Assembly: GCA_028534125.1 (NCBI GenBank) | Contig: CM052837.1 | Span: 36,208,001 to 36,272,000, forward strand | DNA from: Lama glama | Taxonomy: Eukaryota | Length of the DNA stretch: 64,000 nt | Direction: 5' to 3' | Shown: positions 14,352 to 25,499 of the stretch, one piece after another | Layout: the number at the start of each line of letters is the position of its first letter | How positions within the stretch are numbered: the first letter of the stretch is position 1 | Position numbers and translations under genes: made by a program | The notes under the pieces: generated by a model | Databases searched by the model: none | Seen by the model: only the letters and a program-made list of their open reading frames with translations | Told to the model about the DNA's origin: nothing

Positions 14352-14470
14352 GATCTGTTCGCTCAGCAAACGTTTCTTGGGCGCCTGCTGTGCCCCAGGC
14401 ACTGTTCAGGTCCCGAGAGCACAGACAGGACCCAAGCCAGGCCCACCCTCACATCTGTGAGGCCCAGGGA
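14352..14470. mobile_element. L2 3' end
   Basis: gttcgctcagcaaacgtttcttgggcgcctgctgtgccccaggcactgttc resembles the L2 tail (cattcaacaaacatttattgagcacctactatgtgccaggcactgttc). Confidence 0.65.
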
Positions 14471-17400
14471 GAGTGTGCAAACAAGGGCCCCCGCGCCATC
14501 TGTCTAAATATTTCAAAATTCATAGAGGTTGTAAACCCAGCTAACACACGCCGTGTAATCCCCCCCGCCTTGGCAGACACGCCTTCCCAACCGCATGAAC
14601 AGCTGGTGCCCCTCTGATTCTCAGTATCCCACCGCCCCCCCAGAGTGGCTCTTCTTTCCGGCGAAAAGGCAGCACCAGCCGAACCGCAGCCCCATCCCCA
14701 CGCTGGCCGAAAACCCAGAGACTAGAAGGTCCAGTCCACCAGGCCTGCCGGTCCCCAGAAGCTCGCAGTGCCCAGCCTGGCCATGTGACTCAGTCTACCC
14801 TTGACCGCTGGTCAGAGTCTGAGCGACAGAGGCCCCAGCGATGGCTCACAACATCCCGGCCACCAAGACGCACAGAAACCCCGAGCCCACCTGGGGGACT
14901 TGCTGAGGCTACTGGGGTCAGAAGCTGAGCAGCGCCCAGCTCACCCCACTAAGACACGAGCCCTGCCCTCAGCCCCAGGCGGAGCCGGGACTTCCCCTCC
15001 CACGGAGCCCTCCCTCCCGGGCCTTCTCTTGGGCTCAAACTCACATCCACCATGACTTACGTAACAAAGAAGTGCTCACGCGGTCAGTCAGCGCAGCTGA
15101 CCGTCACAGGCACAGTCAGCACTTGCTGATTTTAAGGGTGCGAGCGGCTAATTACGCTCCCAATTAGGCAACTGCTGAGGACCTGGGACAGGTGGGGGGC
15201 ACACGTTCACTGCAATCAGACCCCCGGGGCAAGGCCCCGGAGGGGGACGATCAGTCTGCTTAAGGTCACTGCCTCAGCTCCCCAGAGGAGGGCTGACTGT
15301 CCGCAGGCAGGGGCCTGGCCTAAATAACCACGAGGCTCAGCGTGGGCCTCTGGGAAGCCAGGCAGCCCCTTTCCTGAGACCCATGGGCCTTCTTCTGGGT
15401 CATTTCACCAGAGAGAGGTCGGTCACCATCCGTCCCCTGCTTGTGGACAGCAGGCCCCGGAGGGGCAGAGTGGTCCGTTCGCGGGTGTGCCCTGGCAAGG
15501 CCCCTGGAACTGGGTGCTCCACCACGGACGCCTGGTCCAGCCAGTGGGGTGACGAGGGAGTGGGCAACCGTCCGGGTACACACGAGAGGCCCCGAAGATG
15601 CAGTGATACAAACCCGCCCTCCATGTGCACAGACATGGGGCAAGCCCCAGGCCACGAATCCGATGCCCACGCTCTGGCAGGAGGCCGGGACCGGACTTAC
15701 CTGAGGTCTGGGGGAGGGCCACAGTGCTGAGGAAGTCTCCATGAATCCGGAGAGCAGCCTGATCAGACTAGAAAGAGCCAGGCTTGGAGAGTGGACAGGG
15801 GAGCAAGGCAGAGGGAAGGCAAGCCAGTTGCGTGGGTGAAGGCGGGCGGCCAGATGTGGGATGTGAGATGTGGGATGCAGGTGGGGGTGGCCTGGGGGTC
15901 AGACTGGCTGCACTTGGAGAGCGCAGGGCTCATGGAGGTCCCAGGAGTGGGGAGGACCTGCCCTTGGCTCTGGCCATGTTGTTGGATGCCCGTGGGATGG
16001 CAGCTGGATGGTCTGCAGCTCAGGGTGAGGTCAGCTGGGACAGATTTGGTGTGATCAGGCCACTGTGTAGAGTGGACACTGTGGGAGGGGGCAGCTGCAC
16101 TGTCCCAGGAGGGTGTGGCAGGGACATGCAGAGACTCAGGACCATGCGAGAGCCCCCACGCTGACGCTGGTGGCTCCTGCAGATGGATGCACCAGTGAGC
16201 AACGGCACGCCTTGGAGCTGATTTTGGAACCGAGCAAGAACCCTGCGAGCTGCACGCCCCACCCCCGCCAAGCACAAAGGCCCCTCCATGTCCCCGGCCT
16301 CTTGTCTGTAGAGAAGCTGAAGTCTCCAGGCCTCCCTGAGCCACAGAAGAGCAGGCGCAAGCAGCAGACGACGAGGACAGCAGAGTCGCAGACTCAGTGT
16401 CTGACGCACGTTCCTGAGTCGGTTTACAGACACCGTAACTGCCCCCAGAGGGACAAGCTGCCTGCGCATTGACCAGACTGCAGCCGTGACACGGCTGCTC
16501 CATCTCGAGCAAGACTGAAGCTTCGGCCAGCACTGGCCTCAAGAGAATGGACTAACACTCCTGCCCGTGATAACCTGTGTCTTCACGGGCATCAAAGTAA
16601 CTGCGGCTTGTTCTGCCCGAATATGCAAACAGACAACCACAACTGCCAGCAAGGAGATGCTGTGGACCCAGGCGGCCATCTTTCTCCCGGAGAACACGGC
16701 GCCCTGGGGCCGCAGGAAGAAGTCCAGGAGACGGCCTTTGCCCCTAGTCCCATAGAAATGGAAGGCCGTTCTGGCCAGCGGGGACTGGTAAGCAGCTTTG
16801 GCAGGGGCGGGCTCTCTGCAGGGGCCCCTTCTGCCCTGGCCCTTCAGCAAAGCTGTTCTGTCACCAGCCTTCAACCAGGCGCCCCACGCTCACCAGCCTC
16901 TGGCCCAAACACACCTTGCAAGTCTTTCCATCACCCAGTGCTGGTTCCTTCCACAGATCCAAGAGGCAGGAATGGAGAATAAGTAACAGACGACCAGATC
17001 TCTCCCCCAGCTTCCTTCCCGTCAGCCACCGCGCGAACAGGCTGTGTGAACAAGGAAGCACCTCGGGAACATCACGAGGAGTCGACAAGCCTGCGCCGGT
17101 GGGGGAGGCGGCGACTCTGACCCCGGCGCCATGGTCACTGAGATCACTTCTGCTTTTCCCTTTGGAACTTCCACGGCCAAGGAGAGTCCTGGGCACTGGT
17201 CTTGGGGGGACACTGAGTCCTCCTTCTCCCCAGAGGCCTGGCTTTCTGATTCAAAGCAACACTTCCCATTTTTACCAACACCTGCCGTGCGCCCACTGAT
17301 TTCTGAGCAGGCAGAAGCTGGACCTGAGTTCGGTAATATTTTTACTTGGAAAAGATAAACTTCCACTCTGAACCTAATTTTACCTGATAAACACAGGCTG

Positions 17401-18637
17401 GGCACTGCCTCGTGAGAGCCAGGAGCACCCTCGGCTCTCCTGGCCGTGTCCTTAGCTCCTCTCCCATCTGACCCCAGCCCCAGGTGCCCTGAGAACAGCC
17501 CTCCTTCTCTTCCCTCAATATACGTTCCTCCACCGATTGCCCCTAGAGGCTGCCCCATCCTGACAGCCCACGGCTGCAGGGGGTGAAGGAGGCAGGACCC
17601 TGGTGCGGGAAACATCCCTGAGTGGAGATACGGGGGGATGGGAGGTAGGACTCAGTTACCACCTACCTGCCACATGCTGGACCCCTCAACGGAGCATCTC
17701 ACAGCAAGATACGTGGGACGTGCTGACCCCCCCTCCACGGAGGACGGCTGCGGCCAACTTTGGGGCCAGCTTGATCGCGGTACCATTTGCCAGGACCGTG
17801 CTGACACCGCCAGGCTGTGGGGTCCCACTGCTCCCTGAGCCCTGTGTCCACTTGCACAGTCCAGGGCCCCCCTGCTGCCTTAGCAAACCCCTCCCAAGGC
17901 AGGAGTGCCACACCTGGACCTGCCCTGATGATGCCCAGGGTGGGCTTCTCGTGCACAGCCCTGAAGCACCTCGGACCGAGGGTGGGTGGGGGCAGTGCAA
18001 GGGCACAAGCCAGGGTCTCTCCTGACCCAACACATCAGTTTTAAGCAGCCCTGTCTGAGAAGGGGCCTCGTCTGGTCCCTGGGTCTGTGGGTGGAGGGCA
18101 GGGTGTGTGGCCCAGTCAGCCCCCTTTGTAAGCGGGACTGAGGCCCAGAGCCCCTCAGAGGGGGCCTGCCCTGGAATGCCTGAAGACCACCCCACGCTGC
18201 CCCGCACTTGCTGCCCCAGCCAGCAGCCTCCTGGAGGCCTGGGTGGCAGTAGCCACATCCGGACTCAGGCCCCTAGGGGTTGTGTCAGCATAGGGGACAC
18301 TCTGCAGACTGATGGCCTCATAAGCACTGAGTCACCTGGACAGCTTCAAGCCTCACCAAAGAAGGGCCTTCGAGGTCGACAGCGAGGGAGCACGAGGCCC
18401 TGGGCACCCGTGGAAGGGCCGAAGGACTGGGGTGTAGCCAGGTGTCGGGGTCACTCACGCATGGCCTGAGTCTGGCAGACCACTCACTCTGCCCTCCCCC
18501 AACCCACGTGCTCCATCACACATCCCCAAATGCCCAGCAACCCCCCAATCCGCCCCACCTGCCACACCCCCACAGTCACGCGCAGACTCAGGTGCACACG
18601 CGAGCGCGCGGCTGTCCTGACTCACACTTAGCCGAAG

Positions 18638-18658
18638 GGTGCTGTCCGCGGTGCTGAC
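18638..18658 (-). promoter_or_regulatory. REST/NRSF binding site (RE1/NRSE)
   Basis: minus strand GTCAGCACCGCGGACAGCACC vs consensus TTCAGCACCACGGACAGCGCC: 18/21, both half-sites intact, canonical spacing. Confidence 0.8.
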
Positions 18659-19734
18659 TTCCAGCCGCCCAGCCCTACTCCTGTGCGGCTTCAGAACACG
18701 CCCGCGCGGACTTTGCCCGTCTGCTTGGAAAATTACCTCCGAGACAAGAACGGGGACGGGGTGAGGTGAGGTGAGGTCAGCCCTGCTGAGCTCCAGCCAC
18801 AGAGACCTCGCTTCTCCTGGCCCTTCCCTGCTGGGCTGGGCAGCGGGGAGGACGCCAGGGCAGCCGCTCCCAGGGGCTCCACGTGAGCAGCGCCCCCTTG
18901 CAAGGCCCAGGAGAAATGTTCACAGACTTCTCTGTGGGGAGAGCTGCCCCCCCCCCGGACTGTCCTGTGGCTCTCACTGCCTCTTCTCTTTGTCTGATTC
19001 CTTAAAACAACTTAATTATTTAATGTTTATGTGTTTTAACTCGACTTTTTCCTCTAGCCTGCCTCCACACCTTGGCAGGACAGTGACCTCCCTGGCTGCC
19101 CCCACTGTGTTCCCAGTGTCCGGCACATCCCAAATGGAAAGACACGCTAACCAGGCCCTGGACACCCCAGGGCAGCAGCAAGTGTGTAGCCAGAGCCTGG
19201 CCAGAGTCAGGACCCAGGTTTGAGTCCAACTCTGCCCTTCTTGGAGCTCCTGACCTTGGACAAGTCCCCAAAAGGTCTCCGGGCCAACACCACCTGCCCG
19301 ATGGGTGGTTGGGAAGATGAACTGAGACAGACAAAGGCAAAGGGCCCGAGAGCACTTCAACGGGCACAGGGGACCCACACTGCATGGCTAGCCCTCCAGG
19401 GGCACGTGCGATGGTCACCAGGCATGCAGTGCCTGCGCACAGGGTGTGGGATGTGTGCGTGTTCAGAGCGTGCACCGTCTCCCTCCACCACACACCCAGG
19501 TAGCCAGTGGGCATGTCACTCCTGGCCCCACTGGCTGAGACCTCCGCCCACCACCGAACACCAAGGAGAGACGCTAGAGGTGACTCAGGAAGGGAGCAGA
19601 GAAACTTCCAGAAGCATGCTGGCCAGTATGTCCAGGGCGGGGGGGCGGGGGGGGCGAACTCTCTGCACCTGGAGCCAGGAGTGAGTCTGCTCTTGCAGCT
19701 TGGCCTTTTCCTTCCCTTTAAATTTTCTGGAATG

Positions 19735-19748
19735 GTTGCCATGGAAAC
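19735..19748. promoter_or_regulatory. RFX X-box motif
   Basis: GTTGCCATGGAAAC, one mismatch from the palindromic RFX consensus GTTGCCATGGCAAC. Confidence 0.55.
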
Positions 19749-20099
19749 TAAGAGGCCTGAGGTCAGGAGCAGCTGAGGAGGAGGAGGCAGCTGGGCACTG
19801 GGCAGCGGGGCCTGCTGGGAGGGCCAGGCAGGGACAGTTACAATGCCGGAGGAGATGCCTCTGGGCACCCACCCCTCTGCCGTCCACACCGCCTGCTCCT
19901 TGGGGACGTGAGGACTCGGTGTGGTCGAGGTCACTGAGAGGGAAGGGTGATGATGGAGATGAAGCCGGGTGATGGAAACACTGGCCGGGGAGGGGGCCCC
20001 ACAGTGGCGACCTCTGGAGGGTCAGTGCTAGAGACCGGGCCAGCCCAGCCTCACATGTCGTTTGGTCTGCTCGGCTCGTCCTGAAACGCTGGACCAACT

Positions 20100-20270
20100 G
20101 CCGTGAGTGTCACCAGATTCAGGGCCCACCCAAGGAAGCAGTGACCTCACCTTGACATCCTTAACTTGATCACACCTGCTGAGACCCTTTTTCCAAAATA
20201 AGGCCACATTCACAGGCTCTGAGAACAAGGACTTGACATCTTTTGGGGGCCATTTTCAACCAACCACAAC
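20100..20270 (-). mobile_element. MaLR LTR (MLT1) fragment
   Basis: cttaacttgatcacacctgctgagaccctttttccaaaataaggccacattcacaggctctg...ggacttgacatcttttgggggccattttcaaccaaccaca. Confidence 0.75.
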
Positions 20271-23124
20271 TGTCAGCACTGAAAAGTCGGGAGGTTTTAA
20301 TGCCACCGCCAACCTCCCTCCTCGGCTCTCCTCCACCACCAAAAAGAACACCTGGGTTCAGGGCCTCTCTTGAGAAATCGCAGGCTTTCCCTCTGGGCCA
20401 GCGATCAAGGCCACGGATGTGCGGGGAATCCGAGCAAGGGTGGCAGGAGAGACCTGGGAGGAGCCAGTGACCGCACGTGGGGGACTGTGACGGTTCTCTG
20501 TGCCCTCCCAGGCGACGACTTCTGCCCACGTGATCCTCCGTGAGCAGGATGGGGGACCCTGGAAGTGGTGCACAAGCGCCCAGGCCAGCTCGGGGCCTGA
20601 GGACTGGCCAGATGCCTGTCTCCAGGTGCGTCTGCTTTCGGCCCGCTCAGCTCGGGCCGGTCCCAGGCTCTCCCCACGGGGCCCTGGGGGGCCCACAGGA
20701 AGGAGCTTCGTGGGGTTCCAGGGCCTTTCCCTCAAGTCCGCTGCCTGGAAGTGTTGGGGATGAAATTAAAATTCATCTTCTAAGGCAACCAAAAAAAAAT
20801 TTAAACATAAACTTTCTACTCTGCCCGTTTGGGCCTCCTCCCTCCTCTCCAGTGTGCTGGTGATCTGCGTCTGTTAATCAGACCCCCCGCGGCAGAAACA
20901 CCTGCTCAACCATAAAGATCGGTTTTCATTCTTCCGGCGCCAGCCAGACAACCGTCCTTTCCCAACCCTGTGAGGGCTCACGATGACCCTCCACTTGCCA
21001 CGCACGTGCAGACCCTGGCGGGCCTTGTGCACGAGGCCAGCATATCGCTTCCCCTGAAGATGCCCACTGGGTCAGAGCAGACCGGCCAGAAGACCTGGGG
21101 AGATGCTGGGCCGCGTTTCACGCACTCGGCACTGTCGCCCGCGTTGCTATCGCTAGCCGTGTTACCGGTGCGCTGCCAATCTCACGTGATCGTTGCTTCT
21201 TGCGTTACCAAATGTGTGGCCAAGCCTCCGATAAAAATAATGACGACTAAATGACTTGGGACGACTGACGAAACACACAGCCGCATGACAGCAGCGATGC
21301 AACAAGTCCAGGAGCGGGGAGAGGCACGCGGCAGGCTGCGGGACAGGCGGTCCCAGGGCTGCGGCTGCTGCCACTCGGCAGGGCCTCGCCAGTGGCAGCA
21401 CACGGAGCGGCCCACCAACAGTCCTCAGCTGCCGGGGGTGCGCACCCCTAGACAACTCGGTCCTGAAGTGCCTCCCGAACCTGCATGGAAACGAAGCCCG
21501 AGAGGGAGGAGCCCCGCGCCCTCCGCGCACCTGCCACCAGTGGCGCGCTCCAGCGAGTCAGCGTCCCATCCCCCGCCCGTGGGCTGCAGTCAGGGCTCCC
21601 AGGGCAACCTCTCAGCCACCCTGGAGCCTGGGGAGATGGGGTGCTACTGCCGCCTCCACTCCAGAGACAAGAGGGCAGAAAGGCTGTCTGCACCCAGAGG
21701 AGAGGATGTGAGCCCTGACTCTGCCGGCGGGAGAAGAGGCCTGGGACCACCCTCAAGGGAAACCCAGCACGTGGGGGTGGGGTAGGGCAAGGTCTGGGGG
21801 CCCCACCCCTGCCACTGGTGCCCAGATGGGGGCTTCAGTCTGATGAGGTCGGCACCACCCAGCACCTCCCTGCCTGCACATCTCCTTCTACATGCTGCCC
21901 CGTCTCTTCCAGAATCCCTGAGGCCCTGGCCCAGGGCTGGCAGAGGCCCCCTCCCAGGGGGCGGCCCCTCCCCTCCCCACCCGGTGGGGGTCCTTGGCCC
22001 AGCCAGGGTTGGTGGCTACACCTTGACTCCTTGCCCGCTGCCCAGGGTGGGGGGAGGGGCCTTGAGGGTGGGGCGCAGGGTACTTGGGCAGGTTCTTTTC
22101 AGGGTGCCGTCCACAACGCTGGGAGGACATCAGTCCTTCCCCAAACTCCTGGAAGCCAGTTCTCAGGGCTGGGCTGGATCCACAGGCCTGGCTGAATGGA
22201 CAATGAAGTTCTTGTCACCACCTTGCCCCAACATCTCCCAAAAAGGCTCCGTGCTGGGTCTTCAAGCATAGCCGGACCCAGGTGCTCCAATAACATCAAG
22301 ACTCTCCACTCGTCGCCTGCGCTCTGGCCTCACGTCACCCCTCGCGGGCACTCTGGCCTCATCTTCAGCCGGGCTTTAGAGAAGCAGCAGCCAAGGTGGC
22401 CCTCGGCAGACGAGCTGACCTCCTACCAGCCGCTCCCCAACTCAAACACGTAGGACTTTCTGTGGACTGCCCACATACCCACCCCCCTCCCCGCACCCCC
22501 TTGTCCCCTCCCCTCCTTGCACCCTCCCTCTGCCCTTGGCTGGCTCTCTTCCTTAGCATGCCCCACCTGCCGGCACAAAAGCACCTTCTAACCCCCCACC
22601 CGTCGCAGCTGTCCGCCCCACCTCCCCTTCCCAGACAGCCTTCATATAGGGCCAGCATCTCCAGGCCCTAAGCCCCATCCTCCCCGCCCACTCAGCACAG
22701 ACTCCAGCCCACCTGCAGGGGCCCTGGCAGCACTGTCCACCCTCTGCACCCTTGGCTTCCTTGGGCAGGGGCTCACCCCTCTCTGGAGCCCCTCGCTCCC
22801 CACCCGACAACTCACCGTGCTCTCACCCCGTCAGGTGTCGCCCCAGGGACTTTGTAGGCACGCAGACTTTGCCAAACGCCCCTGCCCAGGGCGTCACTGC
22901 AGGAGCGTGGCGGGGACGCCCTGGCCTTCCCTCTGCCGCCGGCTCCCCACCTAGGCCCAAGCACCAGCCTTTGTTCTCCTGCCAAACGCCTGAACGGGGC
23001 CCCCCACCCTCCCGCCCCACATCCGTCCAGCGCCAGAACATGCCCACTTCCCCCCACAACCTGCACCTTCCTCTTGACCACATCCCACCCAAGACAATCC
23101 CCACCTGGGAACACAGCTTTCTCC

Positions 23125-23540
23125 TTTTTTTATTCACTTATTTTTGCATTCTTACTGAGATATTTCTGACGTTCAGTGACCTGCACGTGTTTCCAGGGTG
23201 CACCCTGAGAAGCTCTGACAGGTGTAGGCAGCTGTGAAGCCACTGCCACAATCAAGGTAATGAGCGTTGGGCACCCCAGAGGGTCCCGGTGCCCCCTGCA
23301 CGACTCCCCACCCCCGGCCCCACTGATGGCGTCCTTTGATCACCGACGACTTGGCACCTCCCCGTGCGCTACACAAAGGGAACCCCACGGGGGTCCTCGT
23401 CACCAGAGAACCACCATGTGGTCCTTCACTGAGTGAAAGGACCAGTTCCTCCACTCACCTGCAGATGGACAGCTGGGTTTTTCCCAGTGTTTAGCTACTT
23501 GGAATGAAGCTGTGGTGCACAGCTGTGCGCACGGCTGTGC
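23125..23540 (-). mobile_element. Old L1 3' region (L1MB/MC-like)
   Basis: ctgtgaagccactgccacaatcaagg; gatggacagctgggtttttcccagtgtttagctacttggaatgaagctg. Confidence 0.7.
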
Positions 23541-24451
23541 GTGGCCAGATCCCTCACGTCCCTCGGGCCGGTGCCCAGGGGCTCGGGGGCGGACCTGGTA
23601 ACGCACAGCCCACTTCTGAAGAAACAGCCCAGGGCCGTGTCACCTACAGCCCGGGGGTCCCCGCCCTCCGGGCACTCGGCACGGCCAGTCCCTTCCTTCA
23701 GTTTTCAGACAAGCACAGGAAGAGGCCCCCGCCTTCCTCCTCAGCTGCACCGGCAGGAGGACCCATCCCCGGCCCCCCACCACCTCTGCCCAGGCTGCGG
23801 CCCCCGGCCGCCTCTCTCCCAGGCCAAGTCTGACCTCCTCTGGGGAGGGGCAAGCTGTGTCCACCCCCCACGCCCCGGGAAGGTGTCCTGCGGGGAGAGG
23901 TGCTCACTGGCACCTGCTGAACAAATCTGTTTCAGAAAAACATAGACCTGGGCACCGCGATTCTCCTCAAAACTACAGAACTGCTGGCAGTCGGGTCTCA
24001 GCCTGGTGGGCCTTTTCTTAAGATAAAGTTCACATTTGGAGACCACAGTCTGAGATAAGGGAAAACTAGTTAACAATTAACTGGCTAACTAGTGGCCGAG
24101 GACAGTCACAAGGTCTGTCTCAGTGACGGGCACTGCAGGAAGACCACGAGCTGTTGCCCGCTTCGCCCACCCCTGCGTCCATTCCCGCGCCGCCCCTCAC
24201 CCCGCGGGGCCTCGCACACCGACCGGACCTGCAGGACCCCAGGCACTCCGTCCCGCACTGACGGACCTGAGTTAACTTCAGGCCAAGACCTCAGCGAGCA
24301 CAAAGCACCAGTCGTGGTGGAAAGTGCGCGCGTGACTGAACCAACCAGCCGCCTCAGGCGTTTGCAGGAGAGAAGACTGCATGCTGTGCCCTTGCATCCC
24401 AGAGGAGGCTCTAAAACCCGGGTTTAGTTTCTCGTGTCACCCACCAACACA

Positions 24452-24840
24452 GGTGTCCCAGGTTGAACCACATCCTCCCCTAAAAAGATGACGTCGGAGC
24501 CCTCACGCCCCAGGACCGCAGGACGCGACCTTGCTCAGAGACAGGGTGTTCACAGAGGGCATCAAGTTAAAGCGAGGCCACTCGGGCGGGCAGTCCAAAC
24601 GGCTGGCGTCCTAGGGAAAGGGGAGACTCAGGCTCAAAGGCAGGTGCGCACTCGGAGCAAACGCCACGTGGGGGTGAAAGGGCGCCGCGTCCGTGGCCAA
24701 GGAATGTCGGAAACGCCCACAAACCCCGGGGCCCGGCGCCCACGGGGAGCAGCCCTGCCCACGCCTGGGTCTCCACTCCAGCCTCCAGACTGCGAGGACA
24801 ACAACCGCTGCTCCCGCGGCCCGGCAGCCACAGGAGGGCA
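24452..24840 (+). mobile_element. MaLR solo LTR (MLT1B/C-like)
   Basis: ggttgaaccacatcctcccctaaaaagat, caagttaaagcgaggcca, agccctgcccacgcctggg, ccagcctccagactgcgag. Confidence 0.75.
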
Positions 24841-25499
24841 TGCTCCCAGGCGTCACTCGTCAGTAAACCCTCGTGGGGCCGGAGGTCCCTCCAAATGGTC
24901 AAAGTTAACATGAAAACTAGACGCCAACTCCAGTCACACCAACGACTGGGGGAGGCAGCGTGCTGGGGGAATGCAGGCGCTCCCCTTCGCCCTCCCAGGA
25001 GCAACGGTCCCTCGAGGCCAACCTGCGACGCCCCCTGACCGAGACGGCGCAGGAGACCTCCGGAGCCCCGGTCCTTCCCCGTCGTGCTGGGTCCACACGG
25101 GGCCGGGGCCAGGCTCCCAGGGCGTTCCTGAAGCCGTGCGCGCCCTCTCCCCGGGGCCCCCCGGCCTTACCTTCCCTCTCCCAGGGCTGCCCCAGCTCCT
25201 CTGCACGGACCGGAGCCCGGCGTCCACACAGCACGAGCCGCTGTGTGTCCGAGGCGGGGCGGCCCAGACCGTGAGAGCTCGCTGGGCGTGGCTCGGCCTC
25301 CGGGCCCTGGACTCCACACCCGGGTTAGACGCCGCAGCGTGCAGGGCCTGCCCTTGCAGGTGAGGCTGCTTCTGCCAGGTTCGCTGGGTTTTAGACACCA
25401 ACCCTAAAAAGGAGCTTGTGAACACACACCTCAGCGAGCCCAGAGCTGAGCCTCTGGCAGCAGGATCTAACCCTGACAACTGGGAAAAACAGGCAAGAC

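Noticed and set aside
19020-19934. 304-aa minus-strand intergenic ORF
   Set aside because: No recognisable domain; Pro/Gly/Ala/Ser-rich composition expected by chance at this GC content
24066-24094. Inverted repeat actagtta...taactagt
   Set aside because: Only 8-bp arms; no TSD or family context
14300-25450. Orthologue of human MIR1257, which I recall maps between CDH4 and TAF4
   Set aside because: No hairpin I can match to it; would need a miRBase alignment
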